DNA of 64,000 bases from Deltaproteobacteria bacterium (lineage in GTDB: Bacteria; Myxococcota_A; UBA796; UBA9615): positions 1,570 through 65,569 of the forward strand of contig PBPL01000023.1 in assembly GCA_002724675.1 (NCBI GenBank), given 5' to 3'. The first letter of the stretch is position 1. Each line of letters starts with the position of its first letter. Positions 20,533 to 30,400 of this stretch are shown piece by piece. Both the position numbers and the translations under genes were made by a program. Under the pieces are notes generated by a model, which did not search any database, was not told the origin of the DNA, and saw nothing but the letters and a program-made list of their open reading frames with translations.

Positions 20533-20684
20533 CTACGCCGATATTGACATATTTTCCCTCAACGAGGAACGATTCGATCGGCTAACAGCATAGACTTCCC
20601 TTTCTGAAACAGATATTTGGGACGATCCGGCGAACTGCCTCATTTTGAGGCAATCCCCGCCCATTCGCTGTGCTACAACCTATT

Positions 20685-20703
20685 TTGCGGAGTCGATCCG
20701 CAA
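20685..20703. promoter_or_regulatory. Perfect inverted repeat TTGCGGA-N5-TCCGCAA in the divergent mltD / ntrB-like intergenic region
   Basis: Read directly. It lies ~70 nt upstream of the 20774 start, in a locally AT-richer 240-bp gap. Confidence 0.3.
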
Positions 20704-20773
20704 ACCCGGTGCAGGTCAGGCTCCTGGGACGAGTCGGGTCCTTCTTGGTCTCCGAACTTGAACTCGACCAGGT

Positions 20774-22012
20774 GTGCGCAGTAATAGAGACGCGCCTGAC
20801 GATGAAAGCACAACAGCAAGCAGCATGATGGAATCGACAAGCAGACAGCGCGAAGCGCCCTCTGGGGATCTAGATACCGCAGAGAGCGACCTCATGCTCG
20901 ATCGGCTGCCGGACGGCGTGGTTCTCATCGAGAACGGGCAGATACTGCGAGCAACGGGCCGGGCCGCTGAGATCCTCGGCATCTCGGTCAGCAAGCTGGT
21001 CGGTAGCCCGATGGGTGGCTGTCTACCCCACGAAGTCAACACGCTCGTCGCACGTGTGGAGGATGGAGCGTCCTCCTGTACCGGGCGAGACCTCCCGTGG
21101 TCCCGGCCCTCGGCTCCCACGAGTCTGACCATCAAGGGTTCCCGCGGACCACTCCCAGGACAAGTCCTGCTCCTGATCGCGCCAGGAAGCGATCCTCGCA
21201 GCCCAAGTTCTGCCGAGGGTTTCAGGCGGCGCCTCGCCTGGCTCGACAGCCTAGCCGCCGGCCTGGCCCATGAAATACGCAACCCACTGGGAGGCATCCG
21301 CGGAGCGGCTCAACTGCTGGGTAGGAACTCGTCGCCCGAAGATGCCGAGGAGTTGCTCCGTCTAATCATCCGCGAATCCGATCGCATCGACCACCTCGTC
21401 GAGCGCCTGATGGATCTTTGTCGTCCACGCCCTCTACAGCGCTCTCGGATCTCGCTCAATCAGATGGTCCATGATGAGCTCAAGCTCATCCAGACCCACA
21501 ACGGAGGCTCCTCAGGTGTGCGCTGGGAGCTCGATCTCGACCCCTCGCTGCCTCCGTTGGAGGGCGATCTGGAACGGATCTGCGAGGCCATCTCCAACCT
21601 GCTCCGCAACGCGTCTGAAGCCGCCCAGTCCCTGGTCTCCGTCCGAACTCGAGTTGCGCCCGATGGGCGACTTCTACAGGATGGCCTGGATCGCGGCCTA
21701 CCCCTGCAGTTAGACGTGACCGATGACGGCCCAGGAATCGAGCCCGAACGGGTCTCCTGCCTGTTCGATCCGTTCAATACGACCAAGACGAGCGGAACGG
21801 GTCTGGGCCTCTTCGTGTCCCGACTCGCGACGGAAGATCACGGAGGTCGTCTTGATGTCGACCCACGACCGGGACAAGGAGCTCGGTTCAGCCTCGTCTT
21901 GTTCGAACACCTTCCCCCCAACCTGGAAGCGCAACAAGATGCAACCAACGGTGCTTACCAGTTGAAGTGGACTGCGCCAAACGCAGGCCCAACGCTTGGA
22001 CTCCGACGATGA
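20774..22012 (+). CDS. Cytoplasmic NtrB-like sensor histidine kinase (PAS + HisKA + HATPase_c)
   Basis: LAAGLAHEIRNPLGGIRGAAQLL (H-box, NtrB type); DDGPGIEPERVSCLFDPFNTTK...GTGLGLFVS. Confidence 0.8.
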   Translation: MRSNRDAPDDESTTASSMMESTSRQREAPSGDLDTAESDLMLDRLPDGVVLIENGQILRATGRAAEILGISVSKLVGSPMGGCLPHEVNTLVARVEDGASSCTGRDLPWSRPSAPTSLTIKGSRGPLPGQVLLLIAPGSDPRSPSSAEGFRRRLAWLDSLAAGLAHEIRNPLGGIRGAAQLLGRNSSPEDAEELLRLIIRESDRIDHLVERLMDLCRPRPLQRSRISLNQMVHDELKLIQTHNGGSSGVRWELDLDPSLPPLEGDLERICEAISNLLRNASEAAQSLVSVRTRVAPDGRLLQDGLDRGLPLQLDVTDDGPGIEPERVSCLFDPFNTTKTSGTGLGLFVSRLATEDHGGRLDVDPRPGQGARFSLVLFEHLPPNLEAQQDATNGAYQLKWTAPNAGPTLGLRR

Positions 22013-23505
22013 GCCATGCACTCACCGCTCGTCCGCACCGCGTCCTCGTCGCGGAAGACGACCCGAGCCTTCGCACAGTCATGCAGAAGGTGCTCGTGGG
22101 CCAGGGCCTCTCCGTCCGGGAAACAAGCGACGGCCAACAGGCCCTGAATGCACTACAAACCGAACACTTCGACGTAGCGATCGTCGACATCAAGATGCCA
22201 AAGCTCACCGGGCTGGAGCTACTCACCCAGGTGGGGAACCTCGAAGATCCACCACACGTGATCATCATCACGGCCCAAAACACCATGTCCAACGCCATCC
22301 ACGCCATGAAGGGTGGGGCCTACGAATACCTCTGCAAGCCCTTTGACATCGATCTCTTCGAAGATCTCGTCATGCGTGCCGTGCGAGACCGGGCGTCGGC
22401 CCACCCACCACCGGGCTCGTTCTCCGATGGTTTCCTCGACTCCCCCAATGCCCGAACGCTCTATGGGCGAAGCGCAGCAATGCAACGCGTGTTCAAGGCC
22501 ATCGGGCGCGCCGCGAGGAGCCCATTCTCCGTACTCATCACGGGCGAGAGCGGAACTGGAAAAGAGTTGGTTGCGCGCATCCTGCACAGGGAGAGCGAGC
22601 GAGCCAATGGTCCTTTTGTCGCTGTAAACACTGCTGCTATTCCGGGCGAGTTGCTCGAGGCTGACCTCTTTGGCCACGCTCAAGGAGCCTTTACAGGCGC
22701 GAGTAAGGAGAAGCGAGGCAAGTTTCTAGCGGCCAACGGGGGCCTTCTCTTCCTCGACGAGATCGGCGAGATGCCGGCAGCCCTCCAGGCGAAACTTCTG
22801 CGCGTGCTGGAGAGCAAGCGCTTCTTCCCTCTCGGCTCGGACCGCGAGGTGGAAGTCGATGTGCGAATCATCGCCGCAACTCACCGAGATCTTGCTGAAG
22901 ATGTTCGCTCCGGCACCTTCCGCAGTGACCTGTTCTTCCGCCTTAATGTCCTGACCATCCACCTGCCCCCCCTTCGAGAGCGTGCGGAGGATATTCCCCC
23001 GTTGGCGGAGTGGCTCCTCGAGCGACACGCAAGGGAGGGCGCCACGCCTCACCGAACGCTGAGCCCAGAAGCCATGGAGTGGCTCTGTCAATACACCTGG
23101 CCCGGCAATGTGCGGGAGCTTGAGAACGTCCTGGTTCGCGCTGCCACCTACGCCCAAGGACCAGTCATCCGCCAGGAAGACCTGGTCGGGCCGACCGGCC
23201 GTCTGACCCTACGCACAACCGGGGCCCAGGAAGAGAGCTTCGAGTCCACCCTATTCAACCGACTCCGACCCGTAGTTCGCACCTTCCCCGAGCCGTCATC
23301 GGGAGACAAGTCCGATCTGTATGAGCTAGTTGTCGGGACCTCTGAGCGTGTCTTACTTCAACTCGTGCTCCGCCGAACCAATGGCAACCAGGTTCGTGCC
23401 GCCTCGATTCTCGGCATCAATCGGAACACCTTGAAGCGCAAGCTCGACGAACACGAGTTGGCTCCCGAAGACTTCAGAAAGCGCTCGTCCCGAAGCCGGG
23501 GCTGA
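22009..23505 (+). CDS. Sigma-54-dependent response regulator (NtrC family enhancer-binding protein)
   Basis: Receiver RVLVAEDDPSLR...VAIVDIKMP. AAA+ VLITGESGTGKELVARILH, GAFTGA, and a C-terminal HTH (AASILGINRNTLKRKL). The ATG at 22009 overlaps the kinase stop (ATGA). Confidence 0.9.
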   Translation: MSHALTARPHRVLVAEDDPSLRTVMQKVLVGQGLSVRETSDGQQALNALQTEHFDVAIVDIKMPKLTGLELLTQVGNLEDPPHVIIITAQNTMSNAIHAMKGGAYEYLCKPFDIDLFEDLVMRAVRDRASAHPPPGSFSDGFLDSPNARTLYGRSAAMQRVFKAIGRAARSPFSVLITGESGTGKELVARILHRESERANGPFVAVNTAAIPGELLEADLFGHAQGAFTGASKEKRGKFLAANGGLLFLDEIGEMPAALQAKLLRVLESKRFFPLGSDREVEVDVRIIAATHRDLAEDVRSGTFRSDLFFRLNVLTIHLPPLRERAEDIPPLAEWLLERHAREGATPHRTLSPEAMEWLCQYTWPGNVRELENVLVRAATYAQGPVIRQEDLVGPTGRLTLRTTGAQEESFESTLFNRLRPVVRTFPEPSSGDKSDLYELVVGTSERVLLQLVLRRTNGNQVRAASILGINRNTLKRKLDEHELAPEDFRKRSSRSRG

Positions 23506-23560
23506 GCCAAGAGCCTCCATCATCCATCGGCCATCGCCCACGATACGTGGCCTCTACGGG

Positions 23561-24181
23561 ATGGTGGACACCAGCCCGCGCCCCAATCGGAGCCACCTAG
23601 ACCTGGCATCCGCGCTGCTCGATGGGGGCAGCCGCGTGCTGCAATTGCGGATGAAGGAGGCGCCCGCAAATGAACAGGCCGAGTTACTCAGCGCACTCTT
23701 ACCGCTCTGCCAATCCCGTAGAGCCGAGCTGGTCGTCAATGACTCCATCGCGCTGGCAGCCCGATTCGCAGGAGTCGGTGTCCACTTGGGTCAGGATGAT
23801 GCAGACCCGAGGGAAGCCCGGCAGGTCCTCGGGCCTCAGGTCTTGATTGGACACTCCACCCACAGCCCCTCACAGGCCAAGGCAGCTGAAGACCTGGGAG
23901 TCGACTACATTGGATTCGGGCCGATCTTCTCGTCGGGCTCCAAGCACCTGGCGGAGGGAGACCGGCGCAGCCCAGATCTGCCAGTGGGCCTGGCCACCTT
24001 GAAGCAGGTAGTCGGCGACGCTACGGTATCGGTAGTCGCGATCGGAGGTATAGACATGGACAATCTGCCTCTGGTCTTGGCAACAGGAGTGCCAGCGGTG
24101 GCCGTCATCTCGGCGGTCGTCACGGCGGACAACATGCTGGAGTCTGCACGGTCTTTCCACCGCAGCATCCAGGGGAACTAG
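23561..24181 (+). CDS. thiE: Thiamine-phosphate synthase
   Basis: LQLRMKE...ELVVNDSIALAARFAGVGVHLGQDD...VDYIGFGPIFSSGSK...VVAIGGI. Confidence 0.85.
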   Translation: MVDTSPRPNRSHLDLASALLDGGSRVLQLRMKEAPANEQAELLSALLPLCQSRRAELVVNDSIALAARFAGVGVHLGQDDADPREARQVLGPQVLIGHSTHSPSQAKAAEDLGVDYIGFGPIFSSGSKHLAEGDRRSPDLPVGLATLKQVVGDATVSVVAIGGIDMDNLPLVLATGVPAVAVISAVVTADNMLESARSFHRSIQGN

Positions 24182-24227
24182 AGGACACAGACCCTCTAAG
24201 GAGCCAGGCCGGCAAGCAGAATCGATC

Positions 24228-25178
24228 GTGAGACCCGTCGAGGTTGCAGGAGACCCCATGAGAGACGTTCGTTTTTCCGTCCCACTACTGTTCGTCCTGC
24301 TGGTGCTGGTAGCGGCACTGCCCCTGCTCGCATCCGCCTGTGGGCAACAAAGGAGCACCGAAAGCCCATTTGGCTCCACCAGCGGTTCCGGGGGGTCCAG
24401 CGACGACGATGACGACACCACGACCAACGACGGCGAAGACCTGAGCAGCGGCTGGATAGAGGTCTCTCGGGTGGCCAACCTGGGGGCCGCCAGCGCAGTC
24501 ATCAGGGCCGTAGCAGCTTGGTATCCGGCCCAAGTCGTGATGGCCCAGCCATCCATCGCGGACGACCTAGACGACTGCATCACCGGCAGTGGCGACGCCG
24601 CCTTGTATGGACTGCCTGAGTCGGAGTTGGATGTGGGGCTCACCGTCCTGAGCATGGCCAGTGGAGACGAGGTGCTGGAGCTCGCCGGCGATCATCACAG
24701 CGCCAACCTTCCCTACACCTCGTGGGAGGCCAACCAGGAGTACAACATTCAGACCACAGGTGGGGATGACGTGGATCCCTTGGAGCTTGAAGGTGCTCTT
24801 GGCACGCCCTCATCCATTGCGCTCAATACGGTAGACAGTGGTGAGGCTGGATACACAATCGAGTGGCTAGGTGGCGACAACTCAAACGAGATCCCCCTCC
24901 TCGTAACCATCGAGGACGGCGGCGTCCTTCACTGGATCGGTTGTCGCGTCTTGGACGATGGAGAGTTCCTGCTCCCCCTAACGCACACCGCTTCCCTACC
25001 CGCCGGCCTGGCAAGCCTTGAGCTCCGACGCCAGGTAGTCACTAACTTTGAGATCCCAGGGCATGCAGACGGAACGGTAGTCGGTGTCGCGAGAGCGCTG
25101 ACCGCCATCGAAATCATCGAAACCGGGGACGACGACGACTCAGCCGACGACGACGACGACGACTCGACCCCCAACTGA
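24228..25178 (+). CDS. Secreted lipoprotein of unknown function with poly-Asp tracts at both ends
   Basis: Signal peptide with lipobox LLASAC. SSDDDDDTTTNDGEDL near the N-terminus and GDDDDSADDDDDDSTPN at the C-terminus. Confidence 0.5.
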   Translation: MRPVEVAGDPMRDVRFSVPLLFVLLVLVAALPLLASACGQQRSTESPFGSTSGSGGSSDDDDDTTTNDGEDLSSGWIEVSRVANLGAASAVIRAVAAWYPAQVVMAQPSIADDLDDCITGSGDAALYGLPESELDVGLTVLSMASGDEVLELAGDHHSANLPYTSWEANQEYNIQTTGGDDVDPLELEGALGTPSSIALNTVDSGEAGYTIEWLGGDNSNEIPLLVTIEDGGVLHWIGCRVLDDGEFLLPLTHTASLPAGLASLELRRQVVTNFEIPGHADGTVVGVARALTAIEIIETGDDDDSADDDDDDSTPN

Positions 25179-25201
25179 GCAGCTATCCGACCGGAGCCGC
25201 C

Positions 25202-26719
25202 GTGCCTGTTGTTCGCCTCACCTTCCCCCCAGCGAACCTAAGCCAACACCTCATCGGGCTCGCCGCACGGCGCGAGGGGGCCGTCTGGCTCGACACCAGT
25301 AGTGCACTAGGCTCACCCTCTGAGTGGAGCTACTTCGCCTGTGAGCCGGCTCTGTGGATCCGTGGCAAGGGCTCGGTCTTGGAAATCGTTGCAGGACCTC
25401 GTGGTGATCGCGGGTGGCTAGACCGCGCGCTAAAGGCAGACCCAGGCCCGGGCTTGGCCTTTGACCGACTCACCGCGATCCTCGACAAGCTTCACCTCTC
25501 CGCCTCCCATTCCTCTCCTACGACAGACGAGCACCCGCAATTCCGAGGAGGCTTGATCGGCTGTTTCTCGTACGATCTGGGACGCCAGTTCGAAGACATC
25601 GAAGAGAGCCTGCCTAGTGACCCGTCCTGGGACTTTCACCTGGGCCTATACGACGAAGTGCTCGCCTTCCGAGCAGAGACCGGGGAGGCCATTTACCACC
25701 GGCTGCCCGGCGGAGGCTCCTCGCTGCTCGAAGCCCTGAGCGAAGAAGCACGCGCTCAGACCGACGTCCCCGCAGGTCGACGCTTCAACCGCCATGCAGG
25801 ATGTGACTCTGAGCCCACCCCCGAGTTGGACGAGAGCGCACACAGAGAATACGTGGAGACCATCCGCAGCCACATCCGCAACGGCGACGTCTACCAGGTG
25901 AACTTGACCTTTCGGTTTTCCGCGCCCTGCAGCGATCCTGACGCCCCGCTGGCCAGCTTTGTGCGACTGAGAACCGCCAACCCGTCTCCCTTTGGTGCCT
26001 ATCTCAACCTCCCCGATTGTTCGATTGTCTGGGCCAGCCCAGAGTCCTTTCTGCGAGTCGACTCCAATGGACGAGCCGAGTCCCGTCCCATCAAGGGCAC
26101 CCGGGCACGAGGGATTGTCGGCACCGGGGAGGATGACGCCGAACGACAGGCGCTACTGAGGTCCGCCAAGGATCGCGCCGAGCTATCGATGATTGTCGAC
26201 CTGGTTCGTAACGATCTAGGCCGAGTCTGCGTCCCAGGCTCTGTCAGCCAACAACCTGCCCTAGAGGCTGAAGCCCACCCAACCGTCTGGCACCTAGTGG
26301 GGGACGTCTCGGGGCAACTGGCGCCGGGCCGTCAAGCGCTGACGCTACTGCAGGCGAGCTTTCCTCCGGGCTCCTGTATCGGAGCACCAAAGATCCGAGC
26401 AATGGGCATCATCGAACACCTAGAGGGGAGCCGGCGGGGACCTTACACAGGCGCCCTCGGCTGGCTCGGCCTGGATGGCAGCATGGGGCTCTCTGTGGCG
26501 ATCCGGACACTGGTATTTCGTGACGACCGTGTGAGCTACGGCGTCGGAGGGGGGATCGTCTATGAGTCCCAACCACGAGCAGAATGGGAAGAGGCCTTGC
26601 TCAAGGGCAGAGCCTTAAGGGAAGCCCTCCGCTCCACACACGCCGAGGTGAGCTCAATGCGCCCTAGGCGTCCCCAAGAAGCCCGACAAAGACCACGAAT
26701 GGTCCGCTCAATCAGCTGA
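25202..26719 (+). CDS. pabB: Chorismate-utilising enzyme, aminodeoxychorismate synthase component I-like (PabB/TrpE family)
   Basis: GDVYQVNLTFRF, PESFLRV, RPIKGTRARG, SMIVDLVRNDLGRV, GAPKIRAMGIIEHLE, RGPYTGALGW. Confidence 0.75.
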   Translation: MPVVRLTFPPANLSQHLIGLAARREGAVWLDTSSALGSPSEWSYFACEPALWIRGKGSVLEIVAGPRGDRGWLDRALKADPGPGLAFDRLTAILDKLHLSASHSSPTTDEHPQFRGGLIGCFSYDLGRQFEDIEESLPSDPSWDFHLGLYDEVLAFRAETGEAIYHRLPGGGSSLLEALSEEARAQTDVPAGRRFNRHAGCDSEPTPELDESAHREYVETIRSHIRNGDVYQVNLTFRFSAPCSDPDAPLASFVRLRTANPSPFGAYLNLPDCSIVWASPESFLRVDSNGRAESRPIKGTRARGIVGTGEDDAERQALLRSAKDRAELSMIVDLVRNDLGRVCVPGSVSQQPALEAEAHPTVWHLVGDVSGQLAPGRQALTLLQASFPPGSCIGAPKIRAMGIIEHLEGSRRGPYTGALGWLGLDGSMGLSVAIRTLVFRDDRVSYGVGGGIVYESQPRAEWEEALLKGRALREALRSTHAEVSSMRPRRPQEARQRPRMVRSIS

Positions 26720-26790
26720 CTCCGTTCAGGTTGGATCCCTTGACTTCCTTCCGACCTGAGCCAAGATGAGGCCCTCTGGAGGTATATATA

Positions 26791-28458
26791 GTGCATTCCG
26801 CCCATCGAATCGTCGCCAAGTTCGGCACCGCCGCGACAACTCTCGTGATGGCTGTAGCCCTGGTCGGTTGTTCTGAGACGACCCTCATCACGACCCCAGA
26901 CAGTGGCCTTCCCACACGCGTTGAAGCCATCATCGAGGTAGCAAGTGACCATCCATCGGATCCCTACCTCGTGGACTTCGGCGAAGTCTACGCAGGGGAC
27001 GTGCGGGAGAAAGAGGTCACGATCCGCAACTTGGGCACGGACACCCTCCAGGTGCAAGACCTCCAGATCTCCGACCAGTTCGAGATCATCAATCAAGACG
27101 ACATCACCCAGCTCCTTGCCCCCGATGCCATGACCGTCGTTCGCATTGCATACAGCCCTTTGCGAGACGAGCACATCGAAGGCAGCCTGAACGTGGCGTC
27201 CAACGACCACGAGGACCCAGTCATTCCGGTGCGCCTGCTCGGTGAGGGCCTCGCACCTGCGGTCCACATCGATCCCCCCTCCTATGACTTTGGCAACCCC
27301 GAGCTCGGTTGCGTGGGCCAACTCGACATCACCATCTCCAACGTGGGACGAGCCCCCCTGCAGATCCAGGAAGACGGCATCTGGTACGAAGATCTCGGGG
27401 GCAATGGCGAGCTGACCCTCGTACACAGCATTCCGGATGGAACGGTGCTGGATCCCAACGAGAGCGTCGAAGCTCAAGTCCACTACGTCCCCATCGACGT
27501 TCAACCCGACACCGGCATCCTGCACGTCGAAACCAACGACCCCATGACACCCGATGCCCAGGCCGAGCACTACGGCATCGCCCATCCCGGCGAGCCCAAC
27601 ATCGACCTCTACGAACAAGTGGGCAACAACCAAACGGACATCCTGTGGGTCGTGGACAACTCCTGCTCCATGAGCGAAGAGCAGTCGTCTCTCGCGGCCA
27701 ACTTCGCGTCGTTCATTCAGATCATTGATGCCATTGATGTGGACTATCACATCGGCGTTACAACGACAGACGTCGCCGACCAGGGAGAGCTACAGGGAAC
27801 CGAGACCATCATCACCCCCTTCTCGCCCACACCCACAGCTAGCTTTGCCGCCAACGTGAATCTCGGCATCAACGGGGCAGGCGTGGAGCAAGGGCTGCAC
27901 ACCGCCTACCAGGCGCTGAGCTCGCCCATGACAGATCCGGGGGGCTTCAATGACGGTTTCCTACGTGAAGGTGCTGGGCTTCGTCTCATCTTTGTGACGG
28001 ACGAGCAAGATCAGAGCGGAACCATCCAGAATTGGTCTGTTCAGGACTACGTGTCCTACTTCCAGAGCCTGAAGGCCAACCCGGAACACGTAGCCTTGTC
28101 CGACATCAGCGGCGGACTCAACGGCTGCTCAGGCGGTGGGGGCAGCGCCACCACCGGCTCCGACTTTGTCATGGCTACCGACCTCACCGGTGGCATGTCC
28201 GCGTCGATTTGCGATCCCAACTGGGTCAGCACGCTCTCGGCTCTCGCATGGTTCGCCCAGTCCTTTGCCGACACATTCGAGCTGTCCGAGACTCCCGTCG
28301 AAGACAGCATCGAGGTACGGATCGACAACGTCCCCGTGTTCGTGGGCTGGGTCTACGACTCGGCGCTGCAAGCCATCGTCTTCGACGTAGACCACGTGCC
28401 GGAAAATGACGAGACGATCGAGATCGAGTACGTGGTGCTCGGTACCTGCTCAGACTAG
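26791..28458 (+). CDS. Lipoprotein with Ig-like (ASH/HYDIN-type) repeats and a von Willebrand factor A domain
   Basis: Lipobox LVGCSE. Repeated 'VDFGEVYAGDVREKEVTIRNLGTDTLQV'-type modules. MIDAS DNSCSMS (DxSxS). Confidence 0.7.
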   Translation: MHSAHRIVAKFGTAATTLVMAVALVGCSETTLITTPDSGLPTRVEAIIEVASDHPSDPYLVDFGEVYAGDVREKEVTIRNLGTDTLQVQDLQISDQFEIINQDDITQLLAPDAMTVVRIAYSPLRDEHIEGSLNVASNDHEDPVIPVRLLGEGLAPAVHIDPPSYDFGNPELGCVGQLDITISNVGRAPLQIQEDGIWYEDLGGNGELTLVHSIPDGTVLDPNESVEAQVHYVPIDVQPDTGILHVETNDPMTPDAQAEHYGIAHPGEPNIDLYEQVGNNQTDILWVVDNSCSMSEEQSSLAANFASFIQIIDAIDVDYHIGVTTTDVADQGELQGTETIITPFSPTPTASFAANVNLGINGAGVEQGLHTAYQALSSPMTDPGGFNDGFLREGAGLRLIFVTDEQDQSGTIQNWSVQDYVSYFQSLKANPEHVALSDISGGLNGCSGGGGSATTGSDFVMATDLTGGMSASICDPNWVSTLSALAWFAQSFADTFELSETPVEDSIEVRIDNVPVFVGWVYDSALQAIVFDVDHVPENDETIEIEYVVLGTCSD

Positions 28459-28469
28459 GCCATTGCGCT

Positions 28470-30263
28470 CTAGTCAACCGCGAACCCTGGCGGCTCAAGC
28501 CAGGGGAGGCGTGCACGACCATCTTCTGTAGCGAAGCGGGTCCCGTAGAGCGTCTCTCCACCCCACTGAAAACCATCTCCAGGGCACCCCAGATCACACA
28601 AGGGGCCGTAGAGAGGTTGGGCAACCATCATGGCTTCTCGAAGCTCCACCACATCCTGAAGCTGAGCTGGGGCTCCACCAGACAGACCCGACAGCAGCTG
28701 GAGCGGGAGCTGCCAAGCAGCGGGTACATCACCCACCGGATGTCCCTGGATTTCAGGGGAGAACCGCACCCACCGATCGAGGCTGGTGGAGGTGCTGCCT
28801 CCGGTCTGCTCGAATCGAGACTGAACCGGGAGAACTAGAACCTCCTTCGCCTCACCGGCAAACATGGAGGGGTCGAGATAACAAGCCTGGTGGACTTGAG
28901 TCTCCACTCCAAGAAAGCCTGAGATGGACTCATAGCCCTTGTGCCTCTCGTTGCTCAGCCCATCTCCGTCGCAGTAGACCAGCTTCGCTTCTTCCAGCTC
29001 GCGCACTGAGGCCCTTGAGCCCTCGGTGATATCGACGAGGCCCAAGTCTCGGGCTCCTTGCGATGCGGCGCCAGCGCCCGCAACCAGAATTCCTGCTCCA
29101 GGCCTACCCAGCCAACCACGAACCAACCAGAGCGTCGTGAGCGCTCGCATGAGGGAGCGGTGTTGTTCTGCCGTACACGACTCGCCCTCTCCAAGCACCA
29201 GCACCGCCCGGTTCGCGTTGCACAACTCCTCCACTAGATCTCTAGCCACTGGAGCCATGGCTGGCCGATCACCCGAGGGCCCAACACCGAGCCTAGCCAG
29301 CGAAGGCACTCCCGAGTCCAGCAGAACTGCCGTACGCGAGGTCAGATAGTCGAGATCGGTGGCGCCCTCGTGGAGCACACCAGCCAACAGTCGCGAGGCG
29401 TAGCTCTGCTCCGATTCGCCAGGAAGCAAGGTATAGGTCCGGTCCACGGCCCGGGACGCCCGAGTGCCCACGACTAGCCTGGAGGGGAGCAGCATGGTCT
29501 CTGCCGCACCGCGGCCGTCGGGGTGAACAGCGACAACCCGTGTGCCCCGAGAGCGAGCTGTGACCAAGAGCTTCCCGAGCACCGGGTGTCGATCCAGCAC
29601 CGAACCCCACAACACAACCAGGTCCGCCTCCTGAAGTGCCGAGAGCGATGTGGTGCTCGCACTGTGACCCAGGCTCTCCTCCAGCACATCCAAGGCGACT
29701 CCTGCTCGGTCGCTTCCGTGAAACCCGATGGCGTGAGCACCTCCGCCCCGGGCAAGGCGAGAGAGAGCAAACAAGGTCTCGTTGCTGGAGCTGTGGTCGT
29801 CACACAACAGGGACCAACTTCCCGCAGCGCCTTCGAGCCGGTTGATCGCCAACTTCAGGGCGTCCGACCAGCCCAGCACTTCCGACTGCTCAACGCCACG
29901 CCGATAAAGCAAGGGAACTGTCAATCGACCGAGTCTCTCCAGGTCCCGTCGGCCCATGCGCTCAAGGCGCTTCCTGTCCGGCAAGCCACTGGGATCCAGC
30001 CCAGCGCGCGTCCACCGCCGCAGCCCAGACAGCCGCAAGCCACAGAGGTGGACCCCGTCCTGTGCCCGATCGTAGAGCCCGTCGGAGCCCAGTGAGCAAT
30101 CAGCACACACCCCGTGCCGCAACACGTCCGCCGTAAAGCTCGGTTCGGATCGATTGTCCCAAACAGCCCGAGCAGCGCGCCGAAGCGGTTGATCGATCCG
30201 AACCTTCGCTTCAGCTGCCCTAGGAACGGGAAGGCTCGCCTCATCTCGCGCCATGACTGGCAT
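28470..30263 (-). CDS. Molybdopterin oxidoreductase family protein (formate-dehydrogenase-like); short, with a non-canonical N-terminal Cys pattern
   Basis: ADLVVLWGSVLDRHPVLG matches the Mo-bisPGD enzyme signature A(D/N)LI(V/L)xWGSNPxxxHP. It is adjacent and divergent to fdhD. At 597 aa it is short for FdhF. Confidence 0.5.
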   Translation of the reverse strand: MPVMARDEASLPVPRAAEAKVRIDQPLRRAARAVWDNRSEPSFTADVLRHGVCADCSLGSDGLYDRAQDGVHLCGLRLSGLRRWTRAGLDPSGLPDRKRLERMGRRDLERLGRLTVPLLYRRGVEQSEVLGWSDALKLAINRLEGAAGSWSLLCDDHSSSNETLFALSRLARGGGAHAIGFHGSDRAGVALDVLEESLGHSASTTSLSALQEADLVVLWGSVLDRHPVLGKLLVTARSRGTRVVAVHPDGRGAAETMLLPSRLVVGTRASRAVDRTYTLLPGESEQSYASRLLAGVLHEGATDLDYLTSRTAVLLDSGVPSLARLGVGPSGDRPAMAPVARDLVEELCNANRAVLVLGEGESCTAEQHRSLMRALTTLWLVRGWLGRPGAGILVAGAGAASQGARDLGLVDITEGSRASVRELEEAKLVYCDGDGLSNERHKGYESISGFLGVETQVHQACYLDPSMFAGEAKEVLVLPVQSRFEQTGGSTSTSLDRWVRFSPEIQGHPVGDVPAAWQLPLQLLSGLSGGAPAQLQDVVELREAMMVAQPLYGPLCDLGCPGDGFQWGGETLYGTRFATEDGRARLPWLEPPGFAVD

Positions 30264-30400
30264 CCTACCGTGATGAAACCAAAGCCTGGGGCCTGAGGCC
30301 AGGTCAGATTAGGACAGGGGAACAAGCGCGAAATCGCCGTCTCTGCCGAGCAAGAGGCGCCTGAGACAGCACGGCGACTTTCGGGCTACGCTGCCTAGCC

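Noticed and set aside
26560-27750. 396-aa minus-strand ORF
   Set aside because: It lies fully antisense to the VWA/Ig-repeat lipoprotein gene, and its sequence is low-complexity (V/D/G-rich) with no motifs. It is typical of an open antisense frame in 67% GC DNA.
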